Assembly: GCA_964016885.1 (NCBI GenBank)
Contig: OZ024745.1
Span: 119,040,001 to 119,104,000 of the forward strand
From: Eledone cirrhosa
Taxonomy: Eukaryota
DNA: 64,000 bases
Direction: 5' to 3'
This document shows, piece after piece, positions 27,871-42,558 of this stretch. Position numbers and translations under genes: made by a program. The notes under the pieces were generated by a model. That model made no database searches. It had not been told where the DNA came from and saw only the letters and a program-made list of their open reading frames with translations. Each line of letters opens with the position of its first letter. The first letter of the stretch is position 1.

Positions 27871-28066
27871 TATTTGATCACATGAATGTCTATATTTATT
27901 AATATTCTGAATAATATTAATAACTCCAGAAAACTTCTTTGTTGAGTGCTTCTAATCTATTGTAAAACTATATTCATTGATTAATCAATGAACCTTGTCT
28001 AACTTTTGGTCATATATATATATATATACACACATGTGTGTGTGTGACTGAGTATGTATGTATACT

Positions 28067-28098
<32 letters not shown>

Positions 28099-28185
28099 AC
28101 CCCTACCTCTCTCTACACACACACAGACACACACACATATATATATGTGTGTGTGTGTGTAACTGAGTATCTATCTATCTATCTA

Positions 28186-28580
28186 TGTCGACGAGGTTAA
28201 AAGGGCTGAGGTCAGACACCTTTCTCTCCGGCAAGCAACTGATTCGTTTTGTCAAATATCATTTTGGAAGAAGTATCAGGATGGAGAGAGATGTGCTGTA
28301 CCCCAGCAAATTTTATGAAAGGTGGGTGAGTGCGGCAAAGATGGGCCGAGTGGTTGGGCCTTATGTCTATATAAGCCTGTAGGTTGAGAAAAAAGAGGAA
28401 GAGAGGAAGGGAGCACTCACTCTTGGTGCTCCTGGAGTTGAGGGTTGAACATTTTTTTTCGGGCTGTGTACAATTGTTATTTGTTGTTTTATTAATAGTT
28501 TTATTTTCATATACCTGTATGTAAACTCCCCATTTGTATTTGTCCCCTTCTTTTGTGCCCTCGTAGCTAATAAAGAAATT
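28186..28580 (+). mobile_element. L1/Tx1-like LINE 3' end within (TATC)n
   Basis: ORF end FVKYHFGRSIRMERDVL...FYERW, T-rich UTR, AATAAA, (TATC)n on both sides. Confidence 0.55.
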
Positions 28581-28749
28581 TATCTATCTATCTATCTATC
28601 TATCTACTTACCTACCTATCTCACCCAATCTCTCTCTCTCTCTACACACACACACAGTTTCCGTTACCCCAAAATTCGGGGGTGACAGTAAAATCATCCA
28701 AAGGGTGGCCATGTAATTATGATGGAAAATCGTTATCCACATATCCATG

Positions 28750-29357
<608 letters not shown>

Positions 29358-29839
29358 CGACCGGCTTGTGCAGCTTCCTGCAACCAAATTCCACCACCGA
29401 GATGGCATTGCTCAACTGTATACTATAGTAGAAGACATCTGATCGAGTTGCCCCGCAACGGGGCGGAACGCGGAAGCACATGGCTTTAAAGCATGCTTCT
29501 TATCAGCTCAGCCATTACACAACAAACAAAATAATATATTAGTACTCAGTACTTACCTAGTACTTTCTTGTTTGAAGCAGATTATTCTCTCTTGTTTCTC
29601 GACTTGATAAAGTAAACAGGGCTTTATTAACTAAATGTCTTTATGTTATAGTTGTTGGTATATATTTTCGATAATAGTTGTCTCTTGTTTATTAGCTAGG
29701 GCTATTTTGTCTCTTGTTTATTATCTAGGGCTAGTTCTTTTGAAATTCTTTCCATTGTTAAAATTCTTGATTTTATTCTAAATGGTTAAATGTAAAGTTG
29801 TTTATTTTACTTGTTTAAACAGATCTCTTTTAAGTTAAG

Positions 29840-30500
29840 TCGTTGTCATTGTTGGTGTTGTTGGTGTTGTTATTGCTGCTGTTGTTGTTATTGTTGTTGT
29901 TATTGGTGTTGTTGTTATTGCTGCTGTTGTTGTTGTTACTGTTGTTGTTATTGGTTTTGTTGTTATAGTTGTTATTGTTGTTGTTGTTGTTATTTGTGGT
30001 GTTCTCGACTGTTATATCATTTTATTGTACTTTCGTCATATATTAATACTTTTTTGATATCAAATGTGTTGTTGTTATTGTTGTTGTTACTGTTGTTGTT
30101 ATTGTTGTTGTTACTGTTGTTGTTATTGTTGTTGTTGCTGATACATTTCTTTATTGTTTTAATAGTAAGTTGATTTTTTTCTCTTCTTTGTTGTTATTGA
30201 TGTAATGCTTGTTGTAGTTGTTGTATTTGTTGTTGTTATAACGCTTCTTGTTGCTATTGTGTTTGTTGTTTAACTCTTGCAGTTGTTGTGTTTGTTGTTG
30301 TTATAACTCTTGCAGTTGTGTTTGTTGTTATAACTCTTGCAGTTGTGTTTGTTGTTGTTATAACTCTTGCTGTTGTAGTTATAACGCTTGTTGTTGTTGC
30401 TGTTGTTGTTGTTGCTGTTGTTGTTGTTGCTGTTGCTGTTGTAGTTATAATGCTTTTTATATTTATGGTTGTTGTTATAATGTTTCATGTATTTGAAGTT
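29840..30500. repeat. (TTG)n-type low-complexity tract
   Basis: Visible directly. Confidence 0.9.
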
Positions 30501-31189
30501 GCTGTGGTATGTATGGTTGAGTTGCTGTTTAGCCCTGGGTCAAGTTCCATTGAGCAGAAATATGACACCTAGCTATGATTGTTATCATTACTAATCTTTC
30601 TTTCTCTCTTTCTTTCTTTCTTTCTTTCTTTCCAATTGTTTTTATTTTAATTTTTTTTGTTAATTTTTCAACGATTATTTTCGATATATTTTTGTTTGGT
30701 TATTGAAAAATGCTATTGTTGTTAGTATTGTTGTAATTGTTGTTGAGGTGTTGCAAATGAGTTTCTGCAAGCACTGTTTTTCCTAGTTTCTGTTGCTGCT
30801 GCTGTTGCTACCGTTTATGTTGCTGTTGCCACTACTGCTGCTGCTGCTGCTGTCATTGTTGCTGCTAACGCCGGTCGCACGATGCTACCGTTATTGATGT
30901 CTGTGTGACAGTTCTTCATATATACATCATGGCAGTCTGTAACAGAATGGAGACATGGGATTAGTGAATAACTGAGTGAAGGGTGCGATGAGTAACAGAC
31001 GGAGAGAGAGAGAGTGAGAGCGAGAGTGAGGGAGAGGGAAAGAGAGAGAGGGGAAGAGAGAGAAAGTGAGTGAGAGAGGGAGAGAGAGGAGAGTAAGTGA
31101 GAGAGGAAGAGAAAGAGACAGAAATCCAATGAGCTAGGTAGTAAGAAAGAGATAGAAAGATGTCTAGTAAGGGAAACTGATCACGCCGA

Positions 31190-33645
31190 TCATCATCATC
31201 ACCATCACCATCACCAACATCATCATCATTATCACCATCACCATCACCATCATTATCACCATCACCAACATCATCATCATCATTATCACCATCACCATCA
31301 TCACCATCATCATCATCACCATCACCACCATCACCATCACCAACATCACAATTATCACCATCACCATCACCAACATCACCATCACTATCACCAACATCAT
31401 CATCATTATCACCATCACCAACATCATCATCATCACCATCACCAACATCATCATCATTATCACCATCACCAACATCATCACCAACATCATCATCACCATC
31501 ACCATCACCAACATCATCATCATTATCACCATCACCAACACCATCACCACCATCATCATCATCATTATCACCTTCATCATCTCTACCATTACCATCATTA
31601 TCATTATCATCATCATCATTATTATCATCATTAACATCGTCACCACCATCATCATCATCATCATAATCATCATCATCATCATTAACATCATCACTATAAT
31701 CTGCAACAACATCATCATCATCATCACCAGCCCCTCCACCACCGCAACACCACCTCCCACTTCCTTATCCCCCTCATCATCATTATTTTCATTACTAAGG
31801 CCAGTGGATTGGCAGTACCAGTAGAGGGTCGGACGCCATGCTTTGGAGCATAGAGTTATGGCCCTTTATGTCTGAGTTCAAAATCCCGCCGAGGTTAACT
31901 TTACCTTTCATCCTTACGGGGTCGATACAATAAAGTACCAGTAATGTACTGCGGTAATTGCTGGCCTTGTGCCTAAAGTATAAACAATTATTTTCATTAC
32001 TATCATCACCATCACCACCACCATCACCACAACCACCATCACCACCATCGTCACCACAACCATCATAACCATCACCATCATCGCAACCATTACCACCATC
32101 ACCACCACAACCATCACCATCACCACCACCACCACCTCCATCACCACCACCACCACCACCACCATCACCACCATCACCACCATCACCACCACCACCACCA
32201 CCACCATCACCACCATCACCACCATCACCACCTCCATCACCACCACCACCACCACCACCATCACCATCACCATTATTGTCCTCTCAATTCACGATGACCA
32301 TTAATATTACAGCATTATTAATACCATAGGATTGGGGGTCCTCTACGAGGTTGATCGATCTACAAGAGATAGCAGCTACATCTCCCTCAAACCACACACA
32401 TTAGTGTCTTACGTAAGATCGGATACATATAATATAGACCTACATACACGTGAAAGTTGGAATGGTCACGGTTGGAAAGTTATAGATCAGAGGTCTACTC
32501 TACCAGAGTAACAACAATGTCCCTCGGACGAGATTCTCTGCAGCATAGAGTTACGGCCCTTTATGATCTGAGTTCAAATCCTGCCGAGGTTAACTTCGCC
32601 TTTCATCCTTACGGGGTCCATAACATAAAATACCAGTAATACACTGGGGTAATTGTTAGCCTTGTGCCAAAAGTAGAAACACTTATTATAACAAGAGAGG
32701 CGGTGGATTGACAGAATCAGTGGAGCGTCAGACGCCATGACTTTACAGATTAGAGTTATGGCCCTTTATGTTCTGAGTTCAAATCCTGCCGAGGTTAACT
32801 TTGCTTTTCATCCTTACGCGGTCGATAAAATAAAGTACCAGTAATACACTGGGGTATTTACTGGCCTTGTGCCAAACAAGTATCATGACGAGAGGGCGGG
32901 CGGTGGAGGGTGGGAGTCGTTAAAGCCCTGGAAACATTGCCTTAAATTATGTTTTGACACTTTATGTACCCAGGTCAAATGTTCCTTTCATCCTCTCGAG
33001 GTCGATAAAATAAAGTACCAGTAATATACTGGGTTGATTGGATTAGATTTCCTCTCCCCCCCCCACAGTTGATGGACTTGTGTCTAAGTTAAAAAATATT
33101 AACACCTCATCCCCATTACCACCACCATCACCATCACCACCATCATCATAACCACCACCACCATAACCACCACCACCATCACCATCCACCACCATCACCA
33201 TCACCACCATCATCATCACCACCATCATCATAACCACCACCACCATCATCATCACCACCATCATCATAACCACCACCACCATAACCACCACCACCATCAC
33301 CATCCACCGACATCACCATCACCACCACCATCATCATCATCACCATCCACCCATGTCATCACCATCATCATCATCATCATCACCACCGCCATCCGCTCAT
33401 ATCAACATTATCATCATCACCATTCACCACCAACACCCTCCACCAGCACTACCACCACCACCACCACCATCGTTGCCAACAACGTAGCCACCACAGACAT
33501 CACCACCACCACCACCACCATCACTATCACCCCCCCCCCCACTATTATCACCCCCACCCTCCGCCAACATCACCACCACCACCATCACTATCACCCCCCC
33601 CCACTATTATCACCCCCACCCTCCGCCAACACCACCACCACCACG
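31190..33645. repeat. (CAT/CAC)n tracts interrupted by family-A SINEs (31800-31992, 32538-32688, 32697-32876, 32985-33095)
   Basis: Visible directly. Confidence 0.9.
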
Positions 33646-33752
33646 AGTATGAAACCCTGCTTTCCAGTGATACCCGCACTTAAAAACTAATTGAGTGATA
33701 AAAGCAGAAACGATAACTGTAATAACAATTAGACAGCATAGGGACATGGTAA

Positions 33753-34945
33753 GGTGGTGGTGGTGGCGGTGGTGGTAATGATGGTAGTGGTGGTGGTGGT
33801 GGTGGTAATGATGGTAGTGGTGGTAGTGGTGGTGCTGGTAGTGGTGGTAGTGATGATGGTAGTGGTGGTGGTGCTGGTAGTGGTGGTGGTGGTGGTGGTA
33901 GTGATGATGGTAGTGGTGGTGGTGCTGGTAGTGGTGGTGGTGGTGGTGGTGATAGTGATGATGGTAGTGGTGGTGGTGGTGCTGGTAGTGGTGGTGGTGG
34001 TAGTTGTAGTGGTGGTGGTGGTGGTAGTGGTAGTGGTGGTGGTAGTGGTGGTGGTGGTGGTGGTGGTGGTGGTGATAGTAGAGGTAATGGTAGTGGTGGT
34101 GGAGATGGTCGCAGTGGTGGTGATGGTGGTGGTGGAGATGGTGGCAGTGGTGATGGTGGTGGTAGTGGTGGTGGGGGTGGGGGTGGTGGAGATGGTGGCA
34201 GTGGTGGAGGTGGTGGTAGTGGTAATGATAGTGGTGGTGGTGGTAGTAGTAGTGGTGGTGGTGGAGGTGGTGGTGATAGTGGTGGTGGTGGAGATTGTGA
34301 CAGTGGTGGTGGTGGAGATGGTGGCAGTGGAGGTGGTGGTGGTGATGGTAGTGGTAGTCGTGGTGGTGGTGATAGTGGGAGTGGTGGTGGTGATGATGGT
34401 GGTGGTGGTGGTGGTGTTGATGGTAGTGGTAGAGGTGGTGGTGGCAGTGGTGGTGGTGGTGGTGGTGTTGGTAGTGGTAGTGGTGGAGATGGTGGCAGTG
34501 GTGGTGATGATTATGGTGGTGGTGGTGATGGAGATGGTAGTCATGGTGGCAGTGGTGGAGGTGATGGTTGTGGGGGTGGTGGGGGTGATGGTTGTGGGGG
34601 TGATGGTATGGTGCTGGTGATGATGGTGGTGATGGTGGCGGTAATGTTAGTGGTGATGATGATTGTGATGCTGATGATGATGGTGGTGGTGGAGGTGAAG
34701 GTTATGTTGATGATAATGATGATGGTGGTGATGGTGGTGATGGTGGTGGTGGTGATGATTGTGATGATGGTGGTGCTGGTGCTGGTGGTGATGCTGCTGA
34801 TAGTGGTGATGGTGGTGATGATGCTGGTGGTGATGGTGGTGGTGATGGCATTTATGTTGCTGATGAGGATGATTATGGCGATGGTGATGATGATGATGAT
34901 GTTGACGATAACGACAATGACGACAACGACGATGATGATGGTGAA
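33753..34945. repeat. (GTG/ATG)n tract, opposite orientation to the preceding tract
   Basis: Visible directly. Confidence 0.9.
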
Positions 34946-35044
34946 GACGATGTTAGCATGTAGATGAATCGTTTCTGAAATTCTAACAGTAATCATTACT
35001 TAAAATGGCGCCTTATCAACCGTCGCTAGGCTGGCAGTTTATTT

Positions 35045-35395
35045 ACCTGTCGATGGTGTAGAGTCGTCTCTCACAGGTAAACAAAGTCCGACCTTTTAGT
35101 GTAAGAAAAGGAGAAGGAGAAAATTAACGGATACCAGGATTTAAAGTGCAAATTTAAAGGATTTGGCACTGTCATGAGATCAAGGTCGACCCGACTATCA
35201 TAGAAGCACCAGGTACTATCTCGAAGAGTGTTCAAGGATGGTTAAAGAACATTAGTCCATTCCTCTTTTTTGAAACACTTCAAAAGACATGCTTGCTGGG
35301 AACAGCAAGAACCCTGCGATACGTCCTGAATATCTGAGGCTGCCGGTAGCGGCTTTCCAGTTAAATAAAATCAATGACTGAGACTCCAATAATAA
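35045..35395 (+). mobile_element. Short deleted copy of the 770-2200 R4/Dong-like family
   Basis: Shares ATGCTTGCTGGGAACAGCAAGAACCCT...CTGAATATCTGAGGCTGC and the AATGACTGAGACTC end; abuts the (AAT)n tail of a SINE fragment at 35395-35525. Confidence 0.75.
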
Positions 35396-35989
35396 TTGTT
35401 TCTACTTTGGGCACAAGGCCAGCAATTAGCGCAGTGTGTTACTGGTACTTTATTTTATCGACCCCATCAGGATGAAAGATAAAGTTAACCTCGCGGGATT
35501 TGAACTCAGACCATAAAGGGTCGTAATAATAATAATCATACGAAGAAGAAGAAGAAAAAAAGAAGTACTGAGTTCTCGATTCACAAATATAGCCATTTCT
35601 ATTGAAGGAAATGCCTATTAAATATTTTATCATGTTCAGGTAATATTATAATTTGACTGACAAGAGTGAAGCCTCATATTTCCCAGAAGAAAATATTGGA
35701 GAAAGGAAAATAACCGAAAAGAAGAAAAATGAAGAAAGGAAAAGGAATACAGATAAAGCATGAAGTAAGAGATTAAAAGTATGAGAAGAAAGAGAGAAGA
35801 AGAAGAAAAACAGGAAGAAAAAATATAATCAGAACCGGAAGAAGGTAAAGAATCTGAATAAAGTTGTATTATACAAAAATGTTGAAGTAAATAAAGAGAG
35901 TCTGCAATAATTAGTAATACATAAATGAGAAGAAGACGAAATATATTGCATACAATAGAGTGATACTGTGATATTGTGTCACAAAAAAG

Positions 35990-36590
35990 GAAATTACGCC
36001 AAAAGAGCTGAGGATTTTAGCTATCTTGGTTCATGGATTAACACCTCAGGAAAAGACATGAACACTAGAATTAACTTAGCTTGGACAGTTAGAAACAAAA
36101 TGGATGTCATTTGATAATCAAACTTGAACACCAAACTAAAGGTTAAGTTCTTTCGATCTACAGTTGAAAGTGTTCTTGTTTATGGACCGGTGTGCTGGAC
36201 AAACACAGAAAAAATAAAAGAATGGTTAGATGGAACACATACAAGACTACTGAAAAAAGTGCAAAATGAATCTTGCTGGGAGTACAGAACAAACGAGTTC
36301 CTATACGGTGAACTGTGACTGATTACACACGACATAAAAGCTAGAAGATTCGATTCCATAGGTGATATATCGTGAAGAGATGAGGCGGAGGCATTGCACC
36401 AATTATTGTTATGGGAAACCCCACACGGTAGAACCAGAGGTTAGTCTCATGTTATGTTTCTGGAACGGATTTGTAAAGACACGATTTTTAGAAAGAATAA
36501 AAACACGGAGGCCATGTTGGATAAGGACAAGTAGAGAAGTATAATTATTAATGTTGTCCCAGAAAATTGGACATGATGATGATGATGATA
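35990..36590 (+). mobile_element. RTE-like LINE 3' fragment
   Basis: DFSYLGSW, KVKFFRSTVESVLVYG...LDGTHTRLL..TNEFLYG; (GAT)n tail. Confidence 0.75.
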
Positions 36591-36917
36591 AATATTACTG
36601 ATCCGTGAAATAGCCAAATTTTAACAAGCCAGTCTATAAAACAACTACAGGACACATTATACTATTTTAAAACTTTCGTTATCAAACCACCCGAAACCGC
36701 CTCTGGCTTTGTCATATGTTTTAATGTGTTTATATCTATCTAAAATCCTCCCACAATAATTCTATGTAAGAACCTTTGTTAAGCTATGTTCCAAACATCA
36801 GCTTGATAATGCCAACGTTAGATATATTACTAAATCCCCCTAAATTTCGTTATTACTTTAAAAATCATTTAGCAATTATAGGCAGTCTTTCATTAGAAAT
36901 ATGGAAACAAATTGATA

Positions 36918-37292
36918 ATAATTGTTTCTACTTTTGGCACAAGGCCAGCAATTATCCAGTACATTACTGGTACTCTATTTTATCGACCCCGTAAGGATGA
37001 AAGGCAAAGTTAACCTCGGGAGGGATTTGAACTCAGTGTGTAAAGGGACGTAACTCTATGCTGTAAAGCATGCCGTCCGACCCTCTACTGATACTGCCAA
37101 TAATAATTGTTTCTACTTTTGGCACAAGGCCAGCAATTACCCAGTGCATTACTGGTACTTTATTTTATCGACCCCGTAAGGATGAAAGGCAAAGTTTACC
37201 TCGGCGGGATTTGAACTCAGATCGTAAAGGGACGTAACTATACTGGAAAGCATGGCGTCCGACCCTCTACCAATACTGCCAATCCACCGCCC
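36918..37292 (-). mobile_element. Two tandem family-A SINEs
   Basis: 36918-37100 and 37101-37292. Confidence 0.85.
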
Positions 37293-37419
37293 TCTGCCAA
37301 ATAATGAAAGTCATGCAGGATCGAGAGTACTAGATGCAATATATCAGTAAATAAAATTGAACTGTTATAGCTGGATTATCCTTGATCATAGGTTTAACTA
37401 TATTAACAACACAATATTT

Positions 37420-37760
37420 AGTTTATGCTACAACTGATGGGTTATAAATAAAATTATAAATACGATTTTAAAAATATATGGAAGAAGACAAGATTTCAGA
37501 AATTCGAAGAGATGTTTTTTGCTTAACCCCAGATCAGCTTTAATCCAGCCTGTTTTGCAAAGGGGATGTATTAAGGATTTTATAATTAGTATGTTCTTTT
37601 CCACTAAGAATTTGGAGTATTACTTAATCGTTTTGTCCTGTCTCTGATTAAAGGTTTTATAGGTATGACCAATGGGGTGTTTTTTAGACAGCATATGTAT
37701 GGCTTTATTAAGATGATAAAGTTCGACTTGATGTTGTTAATGGTGTCACTCGGTCCCAAA
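37420..37760 (-). pseudogene. Highly degraded Penelope-like RT fragment
   Basis: Remnants IPIKPLI (~PLRPII), IKSL..P (~DVKSLYTNIP) and LFEFLKSCL in the expected order. Confidence 0.4.
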
Positions 37761-39863
37761 TAAGGCTGCTATTTTATTATTTTTACAGACAGTGTATCTA
37801 GAGTTGCATTATTTCGTGTGACTACTTTTAAAATATAGTAGAATCTGATATGAGGTCAATTCAATTGCTATTTCAAGGAACGTTAGTAACCACGTAATAG
37901 CTCCACTAGTGGTCAAATAGGGGACCAGACGATATAATCTTTCCTTAACAAATTTTGTAAATTGAATCATGTTAATCTTATGCAAATACTTAGCCAGAGA
38001 TGAGATCGTATCGTTAGTGCTAAAAGAAGATTTAACTGCAACGATTCTCAAAGATAGTTTTGTAGCCCAGACAAGCTACTATACATCCATATCAGACAGT
38101 TATTAGGAGCGCTAAATAATAATGGTGAATTAGCTATAGAAATTTATACGAGACATTATAGGTATAAAATAATATAACACAACATGATGCATAATACCAA
38201 ACAATATAGCGGCCCGCTATAGAAACGTAATAGCAGTATATAAAGAAATACACGATAAATAAAAATATAAGACAATGAAATATGATTACAATACAGCACA
38301 CTGCGCTGTAGAGGATATAGCATGAGATATAATATAATAAATAAACTTACAATATACATTCAAAAGAAAATCACAAAAGATACCAAATGGAATAAGGATT
38401 AGTTAACAACAGTGTAACTAGTAGAAAACATCGAAAATCCAATAATAACACAATACAATACAAATCTGTACTCAATATACTGTCATACAACACGCAGTAA
38501 TTTATAATAGAAATTTGTAAACATAAATGAGATAACTAACAGAAAATTAGAATCAACAAAAAACACAACCCACGAACAATGCATTTGATGGTATAGTGCT
38601 GTGTAACATTAAACATACTACATAAGACAACACAAGGTATAACGTAAATAGAGTATTAGAAAATGATTAAGTACTGTAAGAAGGTAAATATATGTAGATA
38701 AATATATATTCTTTAGTTATTATATTTTATAGTCGCTGTCACCGAATATACTGATACTCAAATGAATAAAATTAGCGCCTGTTTTGTAAGTTACACCATC
38801 TTTTACTCAATAGCTCCCTCTCACATTCTCAGAGGAAGATGAAAATGCTTGATGGATTGGACGGAGATAACAACTGAAACCTAATTGAGCTGTTCTTGGG
38901 TTGTCTTACAGAGAAGAAGAAGAAGAAGAAGAAAGAGGAGAAGAAGAAGAAAGAGGAGAAGAAGAAGAAGAAGAAGAACAAGAAGAACAAGAAGAACAAG
39001 AAGAAAAGGAAGAAGAAGAAGAAAAAGATAAACATTAAAAAGAAAAATGAGAAGAAAAAGAAGAGATAATTATGGTTGAAAAACATGGTATATTTACAAC
39101 AATACTTATCGACAACACAACACAGGCTCTCAGCTATTTTCTATGATCCCCCTCGTCCTACGATTCGTTTATAAAAGGCACGCATGTGAATTTATTCACA
39201 TGCTATTAAATGGAATACAATCAACAATATATGGCGGAAATATCTGAGTAAGACTACCCCATATGTTGGTTAATGATTTATATATGTTGAGTTTAATGAT
39301 GGAATGAGTTGCTGCTCACAGAAAGTAATGTGAATCAGACTCCGGATTCCAAAGTGCAAACTGGTCAGAATTTTAAAGTTTAAAGATTGTTTTTGTACAT
39401 ATTCTGAAATGAACGTAAAAAAGTAAAAAAAAAGACCCAACAACACATCAACAATAAATAAAACGAAATACAAACATTAAGTTTCAATTTATGACCAGTG
39501 AGCCTGTAATCCACTATCCAATCCATTCGGTCATCTTGCCTTATAAACATCACAATAATGGTACAGACCCCCCCCCCCATCGGTGACGAATGACCATAGG
39601 ATTTCTACCTAGAAAGTTCCCCTGCGAGGCACACAACGATGCCAAATGAGGTCCATTTTCATGAGAAAAAGCTACTAGTTACATTTGAAGTCTTCTTTCA
39701 ACAGTCAGATGTCAGTTTTAACTGAAAAAACAACAACAAATAATGCAGAAGAGAACAATTAGAAGAGTTAAAATTAATGAATGCAAGATTTTGCAGCGCT
39801 AGCATCACATCTTCATGGTCAGACAGTGAACTTTTCAGCCCACCCTCGTGTATATATATATAT

Positions 39864-40132
39864 ATATATTGTTATATTTGTGGAGGGTCATATTGTTATA
39901 ATATAGCCAGAAATAATAACAGAACACACTGTTTGGTTGGTCTTTGCTTCTGTATCTTTTATATCTCCATAGTTAATTTATTTGACAATTACTGTTTGTC
40001 ATTGATTGACCAACGATTAAAAATACAGATATAAACACATATATATATAGTCTATGAAAGTGAGTGTGTTCTGTGTTATTATTTCTGGCAATATTATGAT
40101 AACAATATGACCCTCCCCAAATATAACAATAT
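39864..40132. repeat. Inverted repeat, ~67-bp arms, ~130-bp spacer
   Basis: ATATTGTTATATTTGTGGAGGGTCATATTGTTAT...CAGAACACACT versus AGTGTGTTCTG...ATAACAATATGACCCTCCCCAAATATAACAATAT. Confidence 0.9.
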
Positions 40133-40327
40133 TTGTTTCGACACACGATTTTATATTAAAAAAACTTGCAAAACATATATATATATATTATATATATATA
40201 TTCTATTATAAGTTGAGCCAACTTATGCAGCTTCATATGCAAATGAGATTAATCACCTCATTTATACAGACGAGAAAACTATATATTCTCGCCTGTCTTC
40301 TAGTCCAGCAGTCGCAAGTGTGGGTGG

Positions 40328-40373
40328 GATCGTCCTGAAGAGAACCAGTTCAATTCGAAATGCATCGACGATC
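40328..40373 (+). ncRNA. Minimal type-I hammerhead ribozyme
   Basis: GATCGTC-CTGAAGA-GAA(ccagttcaa)TTC-GAAA-TGCA-TC-GACGATC; perfect 7-bp stem I, palindromic stem III, AUC triplet. Confidence 0.85.
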
Positions 40374-40759
40374 ATCCCCCTTGCCTCTGCTGGACATCAC
40401 CAGAGGGTTTTTTTGCATAGCCACGGTTTCTAAATGTTTACCTGTAAACATACCTTGTTTCTTTACAAATACGAAATATATATACAGAGAGCGAGAGAGC
40501 GAGAGAAGGAAGAATATCTGGTTGTTTAATCAATACAAGGCTTGACCACTTCAGTCTACATGATGGTCAGTTCTGGCTTGAGAACTAATGTGGTTTTTCA
40601 GAGCAGAGATTCTGTTAAAATGACTTTCATGTAAATTACATATTACTTTTGGTGGAGTCTATGGTGTCTGATCTTGATAAACATTGAGACTTTCAGACCT
40701 CCTTCAGATGTATTAGTAGACAGTGATCTCTAATAACATACACACACACACCACATACG

Positions 40760-40784
<25 letters not shown>

Positions 40785-40792
<8 letters not shown>

Positions 40793-40982
40793 AGAGGCAG
40801 GACCCCGACAGCTGAGCTCCGGCCTTTTCGACAGCTAGATCTGACAGTTCGGATCTAGCTGCCGAAACGGCAGGAGATCGGCCGTCGGTGTCCTGACTCT
40901 TTTCATATTACCCACTCTACTACTCTAAGTATTGAGTACCCTGGTGTATTATGGTCCACCTGGTATCTTACCACACCCTCTT

Positions 40983-40985
<3 letters not shown>
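40785..40985 (+). mobile_element. Palindromic PLE-terminus relic containing the 3' half of an HHR plus a conserved tail
   Basis: Hairpin 40785-40908; right arm GAAA-CGGC..GCCG-TC; tail TTACCCACTCTACTAC...CTTACCAC shared with 44423 and 49362 copies. Confidence 0.7.
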
Positions 40986-41052
<67 letters not shown>

Positions 41053-41273
41053 TGAGGAACCAACTAGCATTTAATACATATATACCAAATGATATATAGA
41101 TTTAAATACATATTTAGGTGTTAAATAAAAACACTCACATATTATATTATATTTAAATTGTCTACTTTCAAATATAACCATCCAAGTACGGAAGTATTGG
41201 AAGTACGGCCATTTAAATATCATATAATATGTGTGATTAATGTTTTTATTTAACATCTAAATTTGTATTTAGA

Positions 41274-42342
41274 TCTATATATCTAAAACAGAGAATATCT
41301 GTCTGTTTGTCTGTCTGACTCCCTAACCGATCTTTTACAAACTTTTCACATGTAATACTTATGGTCATTTAAGTGTTTTGAGCAAAGAATATTTCAAATT
41401 TTCAATGCCCTAGGGCCTGCATTAGGCGAAAAACCGCATATTTTAGGCTTTAAAGGCCTTTTTGAGGCATAACGGAACAATAATCCAGGTGATTTCTTCA
41501 ACATTTGCATTACTTATGTCATTTAAAGTATTTTGAGTAAAAACGATTTTCTCATTTTTTGCCCCAGGGACCGCATTAGGCGAAAAACCGATTTTTAAAA
41601 GCATTTTGGTTGCGTTAGGGTCTGTAATTCGAGAAGTACCCAACCGATTTTTTAAAAACTTTGCATATGCATTACTTATGTTTCAGAAACGTTCTTGACT
41701 GAAAAAGATTTCAAATTTTTGCCCGGGGACTGCATTTTGGTTGCGTTAGGGCCTGTAACCTTAAAAGTATCCAACTAAATTTCTTCACCACTGCAGTCCC
41801 ACATGCTTACTGCTCTGTAACTATTGCTTTCATTCTACCATAGCACAACAAATACATGTTCAGTTTGTCGAATGCCTTTTTACTTAACCCTATCATCTTG
41901 GCTTTCGTGGGTTGAACATTTTACTCTCAGGCACCCAATTAAGTTAAACCCTTGGTAATCTACGACGAATTTTTTTTATAAGCACAAAATATAGACACCA
42001 TCCCCAGGCCTAGGTATTTCGTACTTCTCTGTACTGTTTCAGAAAGGAGGGATAAACATGCCAATCTATGCTTAGACACCCGAGCAACGCCGGGTCATTC
42101 TGCTAGTCTATATATCTAAAACAGAGAATGTCTGTCTGTCTAACTCCCTAAAACTCGAGAAGTACCCAACCGATTCTCTTTCAAACTTTACACATGTAAT
42201 ACTTATGGTGTGAGTGTTTTGAGCAAAAGATATTTCAAATTTTCAATGCCCTAAGGACCGCCCTTATAATATCTGTCTGTATGTCTGGCTGTCTGCATTA
42301 CGACATGATGACACTATCTGTGTGTGTATATATGTATATATA

Positions 42343-42408
<66 letters not shown>

Positions 42409-42510
42409 TGTAACGTTTTTCGAAATATTTACACAGATTGATTTTTTTAGTTTCAGAAGATCCCGTTAAGGGCGAAAGCAGCGATTCTTCGCTTAAACTT
42501 TAATCTGTTA

Positions 42511-42558
<48 letters not shown>

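Noticed and set aside
29811-30496. Cys-rich metallothionein/keratin-like ORFs
   Set aside because: Translation of (TTG/CTG)n repeats
31164-34996. Poly-Thr mucin-like and poly-Val/Met ORFs
   Set aside because: Trinucleotide repeats open in several frames on both strands and interrupted by SINEs
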